From Squalus acanthias (lineage: Eukaryota), in the NCBI GenBank assembly GCA_030390025.1, contig CM059432.1, forward strand, positions 99,760,001-99,824,000: a DNA stretch of 64,000 nucleotides, in the 5' to 3' direction. The notes beneath the pieces were generated by a model that made no database searches, was not told where the DNA came from, and saw only the letters and a program-made list of their open reading frames with translations. Of the stretch, positions 39,541 to 50,816 are shown in pieces. The position numbers were made by a program, and so were the translations under genes. The first letter of the stretch is position 1, and every line of letters starts with the position of its first letter.

Positions 39541-40686
39541 CTAGAAGCGGCTTGCTATCAGCCGTTGATGGACGGCCCTTGCAGTTTCACCATTGTGGGC
39601 CGCCCTCCCGCCTTGGTGCTGCTGATGATCATCCTCCTCGTCCTCTTCCTCCTCCTCCTCTGGTGGTGCTCCAAAGCCTGGTGGCATTGGCTGGGTCCTG
39701 ACGATTGCCATGTTATGCAACATGCAGCACACAACTACGAAGTTGGATACTCGCTCAGGCGAGTACTGCAGGGCTCCTCCAGAATGGTCGAGACAGCGGA
39801 ACCGTTGCTTCAGCATGCCGATTGTGCGCTCAATGATGTTCCTGGTAGCTTGATGGCTCTCATTGTACCGCAGCTCAGCAGGGGTGTTGGGCATACGGAG
39901 CGGTGTCATCAGCCAGGTGCTCAATGGATACCCCTTGTCCCCGAGAAGCCAACCAACTGGCTGATGCGGTGCCTCAAAAAGTTCTGCCACAGTAGTCTGG
40001 CGCAGGATGAAAGCATCGTGGCAGCTGCCAGGATAGTGGGCATTGACAGCGAGTATCAGCTGTCTTTGGACCAACTGAACATTCAAGGAATGGAACCCCT
40101 TTCTGTTCCGGAATTCCTCGGCATTCTCATGTGGAGCACGCAAAGCCACATGCGTGCAGTCAATGGCGCCCTGCACCATGGGGAAGCCCGCTATCCTCGC
40201 AAAGCCCAGAGCGCGGTCACGCTGCTTGTCTGGGGTCATGGGGAAAGAGATGAACTCTCGTCTCCTTTTCAAGAGGGCATTTGTGACCTGCCGGATGCAG
40301 CAATGCACCGCAAACTGGGAGATATTGGCGAGGTCCCCAGCAGCAGCTTGAAATGAGCCAGTAGCATAGAAGTTGAGAGCCACTGTGACCTTCACTGCCA
40401 CCGACAGAGACGTCCTGGACCTCAGTTGAGGCTGCAGATCTGGCTGCAGCAGGTGGCAGAGCTCAGTGACCACCTCCTTGCTGAATCGCAGCCTTCGCAA
40501 ACACAGCTCCTCAGACATATGAATGTAGGAGAGCTGTTCACGATATACCCTGGGAGGGTAAGCTCTCCTGTACATACGCCTGTTGGCCCTCCTCCGTCTG
40601 GCCATCATTGCCACTCTCTCTCTGCGTCTCTGTGTCCTCCGATTCAGCTGGAGCAGGACGACGCCCCCAATCAGTGCAGCCCCCAT
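39541..40686 (-). CDS. Harbinger DDE transposase (HARBI1-like), open 381-aa frame
   Basis: ATG 40686; GAIDCTHV, NRKGFHSLNVQ, PGSCHDAFIL, LLGDKGYP, RNIIERTIGMLKQRFRCL, CCMLHN; 2-codon in-frame deletion in VCDHRQ relative to H4. Confidence 0.92.
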   Translation of the reverse strand: MGAALIGGVVLLQLNRRTQRRRERVAMMARRRRANRRMYRRAYPPRVYREQLSYIHMSEELCLRRLRFSKEVVTELCHLLQPDLQPQLRSRTSLSVAVKVTVALNFYATGSFQAAAGDLANISQFAVHCCIRQVTNALLKRRREFISFPMTPDKQRDRALGFARIAGFPMVQGAIDCTHVALRAPHENAEEFRNRKGFHSLNVQLVQRQLILAVNAHYPGSCHDAFILRQTTVAELFEAPHQPVGWLLGDKGYPLSTWLMTPLRMPNTPAELRYNESHQATRNIIERTIGMLKQRFRCLDHSGGALQYSPERVSNFVVVCCMLHNMAIVRTQPMPPGFGAPPEEEEEEDEEDDHQQHQGGRAAHNGETARAVHQRLIASRF

Positions 40687-43600
40687 AGTCTCTTTGCAAG
40701 CAAAGTTATGAAGGACAGCAACCAAAGTACCAGCGAAGTTAGGATCAGTAGGCAAAACTACCTCACAAAGCGTTGACTCAATGCAGAAGTCTCTCTTTCT
40801 CTCTCTCCGAATCTCTCTCTCTCTCTCAGAACAAGTGGTGCAAAAATGTCAACCACAGAAAAAGACAGGAAGAGGCCCCCTTTAAATAGCGCCCCCCCCA
40901 GCCCCACAGCGATTGATAGCGTTCCAGTCTTCCGGTCGTTGGATGCGCCAGGCGGTAAGGCAGGGGGCGCCACTCAATTTCCGCTCCGGGGCGCCACAAG
41001 GGCGTTGCACCATGGAATGACGTAACAATCTGCGCGCGCAGGTGGTCGCGGCGGTAAGGTTTAGCGCCGCCGCACAATGTCTAGTTAAGTTCCCGAGCGG
41101 CGCAAACATCGCTGCGCCCGGGCGCTAGCGGCTTTGCGCCCCATTAGCGCCCTCTTGAGGCGCTAACGGGAGGCGCAACCAACTGAATTTTTACCCCATA
41201 GAGTTATACAGCACAGAAAGAGGCCCTTCGGCCCATCGTGTCCGCACCGGCCATCAAGCCCTGTCTATTCTGATCCAATTTTCCAGCACTTGGTCCGTAG
41301 CCTTGTATGCTATGGCGTTTCAAGTGCTCATCTAAATGCTTCTTGAATGTTGTGAAGGTTCCTGCCTCTACCACCCTTTCAGGCAGTGAGTTCCAGATTT
41401 CAACCACCCTCTGGGTGAAAAAGTTTTTCCTCAAATCCCCTCTAAACCTCCTGCCCCTTACCTTAAAACTATGCCCCCTGTTTATTGACCCCTCTACTAA
41501 GGGGAAAAGTTCCTTTCTATCTTCCCTATCTATGCCCCTCATAATTTTGTACACCTCAATCAGGTTCCCACATCAGCCTTTTCTATGCTCTAAGGAAAAC
41601 AACCCCAGCCTGTCCAGTCTCTCCTCATAGCTGAAGCGCTCCAGCCCAGGTAACATCCTGGTGAATATCCCCTGCACCCTCTCCAATGCAATCACATCCC
41701 TCCTATAGTGTGGCGACCAGAACTGCACACAGTATTCCAGCTGTGGCCTAACTATAGCGTTTTGTACAGCTTCATCATAACCTCCCTGCTCTTATATTCT
41801 ATGCCTCGGCTAATGAAGGCAAGTATCCCATATGCCTTTATAACCACCTTATCTACCTGTCCTGCTGCCTTCAGGGATCTATATACATGCACACCAAGGT
41901 GCCTCTGATCCTCTGTCCTTCCTAGGGTCCTACCATTCATTGTGTGGTGAGTTACTTACCTCCTGACTCCCCAAAGCCTTTCCACCATCTACAAGGCACA
42001 AGTCAGGAGTGTGATGGAATACTCTCCACTTGCCTGGATGAGTGCAGCTCCAACATCACTCAAGGAGCTCAACACAGTCCAGGACAAAGCAGCCTGCCTA
42101 ATTGGTACTCCAGCCACCACCTTAAACAATCATTCCCTCCACCATCAGCACATCATGGCTGCAGTGTGTACCATCTACAAGATGCACTGCAGCAACTCGC
42201 CAAGGCTTCTTCGACAGCACTTCCCAAACCCGCGACCTCTACCACCTAGAAGGACAAGGGCAGCAGGTGCATGGGAACAGCACCACTTCCAAGTTCCCCT
42301 CCAAGTCACACACCATCCTGACTGGGAAATATATCGCCGATCCTTCATCGTCGCTGGGTCAAAATCCTAGAATTGCCTCTGTAACAGCACTGTGGGAGTA
42401 CCTTCACCTCATGGACTGCAGCGGTTCAAGAAGACGGCTCACCACCACCTTCTCAATGGCGATTAAGGATGGGCAATAAATGCTGGCCTTGCCAGCGACG
42501 CCCGCATCCCATGAATGAATAAAAAAATACACACTGCAGTTATCACCTGGCTGACCGCATATGTCAGAAAGAATGGAATGTACAACATAATGGAACTGAT
42601 TACTCTAGCACAAAAAAGTGATTGGGATATCTCTATTTACACCAGAATATTGTTTACCTTATATTTATTTAATTCTTTGAATCTAAATTTTTATCATTTG
42701 ATATTTCTGTCTCAACAAATCGATTAGTTTGTGATAGAATTAAAGAGATTATTTTATGGGTTTGTGCTCCAGGCACAGAACCTTGCCCACCACATTCAGG
42801 TGCATAAAATGTAAGGGGGATAAATCATGAGGCAGCACACACTTGAATTGCTAATATATGCTCCTGTTTATTTGAGGCTCCACACTGGATGTGGAAACTC
42901 ATAAAGTTACCGCTAAAATCTCTGGTTACTTCAAATCTTAGACTAAACTTTGCTGTCCCATCACAGTAGTGGCAGGGCCATTGACAAACATAAGCAGATT
43001 GCATGCAAGTCACAAATAGCTTTATATGATTTATAAATATGATTTTGTTAGGTTCAATGTGAAAACAGAAAAAGAAAAATCTTGTCCACGTTTCTTGACT
43101 GAAAATTGCAAATTTTAGAGAAATAAAAAGGGACCTTGCTCAGATTCAATGAAAGGTAAAATTGTCAAATAGAATGCTAGATCAACAAGGAGAATTATTT
43201 AAACAGGAGATGACAAGGGTGCAAAGCAGATGCATTCAAGTAAGGAAAAAAGTAGTGGCCTGAAGGATGGGTTCCAAGAATGAATAAAGAAATTAGATCA
43301 AATATGAAATATTAAATAAATTAAGTGGTTATGGCACTTGACTTACACCCAGAAGATCATGTCTTAGAAATTCGATTGCATTGCTCCCGTTTTACAGGCG
43401 TAAAGTGGGCACCTAAGAGTCCATTATGGTGGGCGGAGTGCGCGCACTCATTCCACACCAGAAGTGCGCTGCCCCTCTTATTGTTTAGGGCTCTCCATGG
43501 TATCTAACATTCACGGACTGAATGCAACACACATACTGAAGACTTGTCGTTTAGGCAACAACTCCAGTTCTTATCAGGATGGAATTCTGCCAACTCCCTC

Positions 43601-44055
43601 CACCATAATTAGTAGGGTATGAAAATCAACTAAATAGTAAAGTTGTGCAGTCCACATTAATTACTGCTTAACAAGCAGTTAATAAAAAGAGCTGTAAACA
43701 CTGGGCATGAGTGTTAATGTGCATTGGGAATATTTACTCCCAGGAGTGAGTTTATCAACATGGTCAAAAGTTAACACCTGCTCAATTAATGCCAAAACAC
43801 AAAACTACTATTCCTTAATGCACAATTAGTGCATCCACGAGCACTAATTTACAGAACAGTTTAAACCTCCCTGATGTTTTATGATCAGATTGTTCTCTTG
43901 CTTGTTCATGTCACAACTTGTATCAGAATAGGATTTGTAATATAATTTTATGGAGTGACCCTGTTGAATCGCATTTCCATCTATGATGTAAGTAATTCCT
44001 GTTAAACTTTAATATTATTTATGATAGCAAAATCTATTTGATTTCCTGCTGTCTC

Positions 44056-44094
44056 CAGTTCTGATGAAAGGTCTTCGACCTGAAACGTTAACTC
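44056..44094 (+). ncRNA. Minimal type I hammerhead ribozyme motif in a Penelope-like repeat (44050-44150)
   Basis: AGTT-CTGATGA-A-AGGTC TTC GACCT-GAAA-C GTT-AACT: complete core, stem II, palindromic AACGTT, stem I AGTT/AACT. Confidence 0.65.
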
Positions 44095-45183
44095 TTTTTC
44101 TCTCTCCACGGATGCTGCCTCGCCTTCTGAGTTTTTCCAGCGTTTTCTAATATTATTTATGGAGAAGCCTCAGACAGTCATTCTTAAAAACGAATTCTAA
44201 TTTTTATTCCAGATTCCCTTTAAGCCTCCTTCATTCATAATAATAATAAAACAAACAGAAATGCTGGAAATATATAACAAGTCTGTCAGCATCCGAACAG
44301 AGAAAACCTGATGACCCTTCAACGGACTTCCGAAATTTGTAATTGTCTTTTCTTTTTTATCTGTCTTCTTTAATAATACTAGTTGATCTCCTGTCGTGTT
44401 GCTTGCAAGTAGTCTTGGGTTTGGAAGCTGCTAACCTGGCCTTTTTTCAGGCCACTGCTCAGGTACTCCTTGTGGGGAGTTGCTGCACAGGTTGACTAGA
44501 ACCAATTGCTTTTGGTAGCTTCTCTAGATTGGTCATCGCTTGGCTCCTCTCCTTGGAGGACCAGTTATTTCAAGTTCAGAAAAACTAGCTGGATATAAAG
44601 GTTTCTCTTTCTCCTTTCGTATATATACTTTTTTAAGATTGTTCAGTCCTGATTTGTTGGTGTTTTACACAGCGTGTGATGTCTGAAGTGTGATGGATAT
44701 GCTACATCCATATATATATTTACATTACACATATATATATTTACATTATACATATATATATCCATTAAGCATGTAGTTATATTGCCAGTTTCACATTGAT
44801 ACAAAGCAATTTTGAATGTGCATTGACACAAGAGTGGGAGTATAACTCAGGACTTTCAGTATGGGCCAATGAGGCAGTCCTGGTGCTTCACCAAGGCAGC
44901 TGGTTTCTATACTAGCTAACTTTGCACCATTATGACAGGTCAACTTATTTAAAGATTTTTGGGATATTCCTGCCGCATAGTGCATGGTGGGTTGGGAGCA
45001 CCAAGCTACTGTCATAAGTTTGATGGAAGATCAGTGAAAACCCTGAAGACACGGAATAAGCTGATTTCCCACCAAAGTTTCTGTTGCCGCAGAACTGCCA
45101 GGTGAAGATCTTAAACCCTGCATGAGGCTTGTCAATGGACATAACAAAACCTACCATATCACAAAAGTGTATTAAAACTCATT

Positions 45184-45336
45184 GGGGGTCATTTTAACCT
45201 TTGCCGGTAGGGTAAAACGGGTGATATCAGATCGGCTACCCATTGTACACCTCTCCCGATTTTTAGGAGGTGTATAATGGGTGGCCGATCCAATATCGCC
45301 TGTTTTACCCTATCACCAAAAGTTAAAATGACCCCC
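45184..45336. mobile_element. 153-bp fully palindromic Harbinger-type MITE
   Basis: TIR GGGGGTCATTTTAAC / GTTAAAATGACCCCC, TSD ATT, arms pair almost to the centre. Confidence 0.85.
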
Positions 45337-45600
45337 ATTGGCTTGGACATTCCTTAGACTTGCTCCCACTCCACCGGCGTTAGTTCACTGAAGGTGCGTC
45401 AGAAACCCCGTTTACACTATGTCAGTAGGGTTTCCGGAGAAGGAACACCGGCGGAGAGGGAGGAGCTCTGAGGAATTTCCTGGCCTTTGAATCAACATGA
45501 CAACTGAGCACCTGCCAAGGACATTTTCACCAGTTCAGCTCTTTTTTTTTCCAGTTGAAAATATTAATGCTTTGCATTTAGTGAAGGAATATGCCTACTT

Positions 45601-46020
45601 GTCTTATGTGGCTCAGCGGTAGCACCCTCGCCTCTGAGTCAGAAGGTTCAGGCCCCACTCCAGAGACTTGAGCACAAAATCTAAGCTGACACTCCAGTGT
45701 TTTACTGAGGGAGTGCTGCACTCTTGGAGGTGCCATCTTTCGGGTAAGACGTTAAACTGAGGCCCTGTTTGTCCTCTTAGGTGGATGTAAAAAATCCTTT
45801 GGCACTATTTGAAGAAGTGCAGGGGAGTTCTCGCTGGTGTACTGGCCAATATTTATCCCTCAACCAACAACACTGAAAACAGATGATCTGTTGTTTGTGG
45901 GACCTTGCTGTGCGCATATTGGCTGCCGTGTTTCCTACATTACAACAGTGACTACAGTTACAGCTTTTTGGGACGTCCTGAGGTTGGGAAAGGTGCTATA
46001 TAAATGCAAGTCTTTCTTTT
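45601..46020 (+). mobile_element. SacSINE1-like DeuSINE, nearly complete
   Basis: Collinear with 6952-7111 + 10776-11085; ends ATAAATGCAAGTCTTTCTTT. Confidence 0.85.
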
Positions 46021-46477
46021 TATAAAAGCAGCAGACAAAACAAATTTACAGAATATTACGTGCATTATGTGGGAACTTTATCTGATCTATAGGTTTAGTA
46101 CAATACAACAAACCCATTGTTTACAGATGATGCACTGGGAGAGATTTTCATCTCACTATCATCCCACTTATGTCTAAAAGCGGGTTGGTAGCAGAACTAA
46201 ACTCACGTGGAAGACAACTTACTACTGGTTGTCTGTTCTGATTTTTGGGTCGACCTTGATTTAGGCATCCAGAGCTCCTGCTGGAAGCAGGCAGAGGCCT
46301 GAGGCATATATGCAAGTCGGGGTCAAATGACATTGTCATAACCTCCAATGCCACTTTTGTCTCTGCCCCCAATGTTTCCACTCTTTCTTGATTCTACTCA
46401 CAAACTATGGGTGGCACAAGTTGGCAGGTGGCCATTTTCCACGATTTTTAAAGGGATCCTCAGCTTGTCTCAGGTAA

Positions 46478-46872
46478 TGATACAGAGATGCCGGTGTTGG
46501 ACTGGGGTGGACAAAAGTGAGAAGTCGCACAACATCAGGTTATAGTCCAACAGTTTTATTTGAAATCACAAGCTTTCGGAGCTGCTGCCCCTTCATCAGG
46601 TGAAGTGAAGGAATACGAATCGGCAAAGCATATATAGACAGAGAACAATGCCTGTGCAGCGTACAATGTCAGACGACTAAAGGCAGTCAGAAAGATTAAC
46701 TGTAGTCGTCTGACATTGTACACTGCACAGGCATTGTTCTCTGTCTATATATGCTTTGCCGATTCGTATTCCTTCACTTCACCTGACGAAGGAGCAGCAG
46801 CTCCAAAAGCTTGTGATTTCAAATAAAACTGTTGGACTATAGCCTGGTGTTGTGCGACTTCTCACTTTTGTC
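46478..46872. mobile_element. Penelope-like inverted terminal-repeat insertion: 170-bp arms (46510-46679, 46703-46872), each with a hammerhead motif
   Basis: Near-perfect inverted repeat; 13-bp direct repeat TTGTCTCAGGTAA at 46465 and 46868; AATAAA downstream of each hammerhead motif. Confidence 0.75.
46567..46602 (-). ncRNA. Minimal hammerhead ribozyme motif (intact core)
   Basis: Minus strand CAC-CTGATGA-A-GGGGC AGCA GCTCC-GAAA-GC TT-GTG. Confidence 0.65.
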
Positions 46873-49027
46873 TCAGGTAAAACACTGGAATATTTTGGGA
46901 GGCATTCTGCTTGTATTATAAAGTGTTGTTCTGCTACTCAGACCATTTCAAGATGCTAGCAGTGGCTGTAGAGCGTTCTGAACTCTGAAACTTCTGGCAA
47001 TTCACTTTTTTCTTCATTGGCCCTTCTGGACAATTCTGCTCTGTCAAAAGGAGGAGGGGGAGCAGCAGCAGGAGGAAGGAGCAAAGAGAACTGTAGCTGG
47101 AGGGAGAGTAAATAGAAGAACGCATTCTCGCAGAGATCCTTACCCTCACAACAGACTTTATAGGCACAGAACAACATGCCTGCAGTTCTCTGAAGTGCAT
47201 TGCATAAGGCAGGCTGTGCTTCTCTATAAGGAGGCTGTGACAAAGCTGTGTCAAGTTCTGCAAGAAGACCTGCACCTAACTGACATAGTTAGCACAGCAT
47301 TGCCTGTTCCTGCCCTGAGGTTCTTTGCCTCAGGCTCCTTCCAAACTGCCACGAGGGATATTTGTAACATCACTTAGTCTGCATTTCATGCCTTCATCAA
47401 GCAAATGACTGCTGCCGTCTTTGCTGCAGCAAACATTTTTATCACTTTACCCATGGACAAACTGAAGCAGCAGAATAGGGCTCTGGGATTTACACAGATT
47501 GCAGTCTTCCACCAAGTCCAGGGCATCATTGCTTGCACCCTTATTGCCTTGAGGACTCCTGCGCACAACCTTACCTTTCATGAATCGCAAGCGCTTCCAC
47601 TCCATAAATGTCCAACTGGCTTGTGATCACCAGCAGCACATCATGTAGGTCTGTGTTCACTTTCTTGGCAGCAGTCACAATGCTTTTATCTTGTGCCAAT
47701 CCTTCATGCCCCCATTCTTTGCCCATGCACGGCAAGTGAGAGTCTGCCTTCTTGGGGAAAAGAGCTTGGTCATGACTCCTCACTTGGCAATCATTCCTCA
47801 CTTGTCACGACTACTCTTAACAATCCAAGATCAATGGTCGAGCTGCACTACAATGAGATCCATGGTTCAACTTGAGGCCTCAGTGAGAAAACCATTGGAG
47901 CCCTCAAGTAACAAATCTACTGCCTAGTAGCTTCCTGCAATAAAGCCACAAAGAGTGCCCTGTATGATTGCGGTTTTCTGTTACTACATAACTTTGATCT
48001 GCAATGGGGAAAACAAATGGCATTGGACAAGGACATTCAACATGATGAGGGACAAGACTCTGATGACATAAAGGATGATGAGGAAGTGGGAGGGCTCCAA
48101 CAGTTGCCTGCTGTAAGAGCTATTCAGCAGCAGCTTATTGAAGAGCACTTCCGAAGAACGATTCCTGCTCCCCTGCATTGACAGTCATGTCCAACATCTC
48201 TCCCAATCCTTGCACCCTCAAATAAAACTGCATTTGCCCAAACATTGATATTTATATCACGTAATATTGTTGGAGCACCAGATAGCAAAGGAACATCTCT
48301 GCACACAAAGATTATTAAAAGGATTTTAATTTAACTGCCTTATGCAATTGCCTGACACTAATTATCACCCTGGTGTCAGCCCCTACTTCCTGTCTTAAGT
48401 GCTCTCTTACCTACTCTATTGGTTTTATGGAAGGTTGCTGTGTTTCAGTTAAGAGCTCTTGAAATGCTCATGGTCAGTGACCCCCTTGGAGCTTGGGCAT
48501 AGCTGTAGAATTCAGCAACCAGTTGGCTTTCTGGCACTAGGGTGGGCATTGGGTTGAGGGTGTTGCGAGAGTCCAGATGTGATGTCATCCTAAGAGATGG
48601 CAACATATTCCATTCCCATTGCATCACTGCCCCTGCGATTGGCCCAAAACTCAGCACTCCAACTGACCAGTAGGAGATTGTAGGAGATCCATGAACCGAC
48701 CGAAGCCCTTATTCATTCAAGCTTTCAAAGGCAAAGGAGATGACTGAGCCCAGATCTTGTATGGCCCCAGTATGAACATCCCTGAGAGATGCTACTAATG
48801 GTGCCACAGATTCCTGCAGGACCCAGCTGCAGTGTCCATTGAGGTGACATGGGCTGCATGGTTTACTCCAAAGTGACGATGACATGCGCCAAAACCCCAT
48901 ATAAGTTGGTAGTGGATCCTCTGTACTTTCTGACATGTAGCTGAAGCTCCCTGGCAGGCAGTCAAATGCATTGAGCAATTGCTGGCACACCAAAATCAGC
49001 TATCTTTTAAAAAATACCCCTAAAGTC

Positions 49028-50816
49028 TGGCAACTGAAATTGGTCTAGGGTGGTAGTGCAAAATGGGCAATAGCAAATCAGCCATCCTTTTTACACGCTA
49101 CACATCAATGGAAAAGGAAATCGGGCAGAACGTATAATGGGCTGCAAAGTCACTATTACTGTAAGGGTTGCGTGTCTCAGAGACGGTGCTGGTGCGAGGT
49201 TAGGCCTTTGTTGCCTAATACTATTGCTTGCTCTGGTCTCCGGCCAGCCTTTTTGCAATAAGCACCTGTGAGTGGTTCGACCCACTCGCCCTTACGGTTC
49301 TAACACTGCACTTAGGTGCAGGGAGCAGTAATGCAGAGAAAACTCAAATAGACCCGGTTGAATAGTGCGAAATGGAAATCTTTATTGCATAGCGTCCAAA
49401 ATCATGAAGTACATGTCATAGGCGCAAATTAATGAGAGTACAAGTATACACACATTCATAAAGCTTGGTCTATGGAAATGAAGAACGCACGGCACATCGT
49501 AAAAAGGGGAACACATTATACTTTAACTTTAATAACCACCCTCCCTTAACAATAACTACACTACGTCTAGATTTGTAGGATCGAAAAACATGCTCACCAC
49601 TCGTGTTACTTCGGAGAATTTTAAAGTGAGGCGCTCGGCTCGTTTCGCTGCAGCGCCTGACTGTCACGTGTTTGGAAGGGTATCTGTACCCCACTTGTTT
49701 ATTTTCGCTGCTGCGACAAGCAGACCAGACTCTCTGTTGTCATGAAGAACTCGACAGAACTCGGAAACGTTTGTAAAATTCAAAGAAAAGTCTTCCTGTG
49801 CTCGACACCGGTTGTCGGTAGACTTCAATGAAAAGTTCTTTATTATATTTTCGGGCGCGGTCGGGGTTTACTGACCGTGGCGGCACGTGGATTCTTCTCC
49901 TGTTCTTCTCGTCTCGTCTCGTCTCTTCGGGCCTCCGGGTCCAGACACCGTTTACCGACACTCGGGATGGTGCACCCTGTTACTTGCCCTTGTTGGGGCG
50001 GCTCGTTCCAATTGAGCTCCACCCAACATTCGAATAACCGACCAGTACGGCTAAAAGTCAAGAGTCAACAAAGTCCAGCCCTAAAGAAGAGCTTCAGCCA
50101 GCGATCGAGCGAGTCAAGGGAAATAAGAGCCCGATGGACATTTGTTCACTATAGTTATAGTGCTGTGTCCCCTTATCTCCCGCTCAAATCTTAATGTTTG
50201 TCCTTTGTGTAATATTGGCGCTCAAAACTCCCAACATGGGGCGATTATCTTCTTTAACGGGTTTCGGTAGCACCTGAAACTGGCCAACTATCCGTTAATG
50301 TTTTCCCCATTGTTGACCCAGCCAGGATGTGTACGAATCGTCTCCCTGACTGGTTTTGGGGGCCCCCGAATACTTGCTTAATCACCCGTCAATGTCTCTC
50401 TCATTGTAGAGCCGGGGGGGTATTTGTGTATTGATGTGTCTGGATGGGCCTTCGATTGCCCAGTACAATGGTCCTTACTTGTGCATGGAAAACGATTCCA
50501 GCACTTATATCTTTGCTATTGTTCCAAATGCAAACAGGTTGCATCCTGTCTTTATCAATGTTTACCGAGTATGATCCAATTTTATATCGAATGTTTATTC
50601 AACGCCATCTTGTCTGCCCACTGTATTTCTGGAAGCTTCTGCCACAATGCTCGGCGGCCATTTTACAGGCTTCTGTGTCCTTTATATCAGGACAGCATTT
50701 CATTTAATAAAACTGATCAAACGAATCTGCTTCTATCTTGTTATTTCGAATCGCGTTAATTGCGAAACTTTACATTACCCATTTTGTGCTACCACCCAAG
50801 ACCAATTTCACCCCCC
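49028..50816. mobile_element. Short palindromic MITE split by a solo LTR
   Basis: GAAATTGGTCTAGGGTGGTAGTGCAAAATGGG at ~49036 is the inverse of CCCATTTTGTGCTACCACCCAAGACCAATTTC at ~50778; related relic at 15265-15401. Confidence 0.7.
49160..50774 (-). mobile_element. Solo LTR, 1615 bp
   Basis: TGTAA...TTACA inverted ends, exact 4-bp TSD TTAC (49156-49159, 50775-50778); minus-strand TATA-like ~49845 and AATAAA ~49385. Confidence 0.8.

Larger units (their letters stand above)
37052..41197 (+). mobile_element. PIF/Harbinger transposon copy H3 (family B), full length ~4.15 kb
   Basis: Right TIR GAATTTTTACCCC, left TIR mutated (GAGAGAAAAATTAGG); collinear with 55116-59265. Confidence 0.95.
36137..41943 (-). 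mobile_element. CR1 3' fragment (41198-41943) whose CATAGAGT tail received two Harbinger insertions
   Basis: ORFs 41204-41554 and 41752-41940; tail units at 36137-36148, 37041-37051 and 41198-41205. Confidence 0.85.
25425..42527 (+). mobile_element. Second LINE family (CR1-group, distinct from the esterase CR1s): EN+RT relic broken by nested insertions
   Basis: Pieces 25425-26257, 26835-27000, 27783-27941, 34297-35087, 35634-36136 and 41944-42527 are collinear: [72 protein letters not shown]; ends in AATAAA and (ATGA)n/A-rich tail. Confidence 0.85.
46137..49010 (+). mobile_element. Ancient Harbinger element: decayed transposase (+, ~47000-48180) and probable Myb exon-3 remnant (-)
   Basis: KEAVTKLCQVLQEDL, LRFFASGSFQ, GFTQIAVFHQVQGIIACTLIALR in ORFs 47195-47377 and 47405-47626; many stops. 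Boundaries approximate. Confidence 0.75.

Noticed and set aside
39436..40356. 306-aa ORF antisense to the H3 transposase (and 268-aa ORF 57616-58422 in H4)
   Set aside because: Shadow frame of a GC-rich coding region; starts and stops differ between two otherwise near-identical copies; no recognisable motifs.
39541..40686. Domesticated host HARBI1 or NAIF1/MSANTD genes
   Set aside because: Genes lie between TIRs with TSDs, are multicopy and carry independent lesions, so they are transposon genes.
40687..40755. N-terminal extension of the transposase ORF (MPTDPNF...)
   Set aside because: Non-ATG start, stop in the equivalent H4 sequence, and it resembles a 5'UTR intron (GT ~40760, AG ~40692).
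44707..44765. (TA)-rich 21-bp tandem repeat
   Set aside because: Ordinary low-complexity microsatellite-derived repeat.
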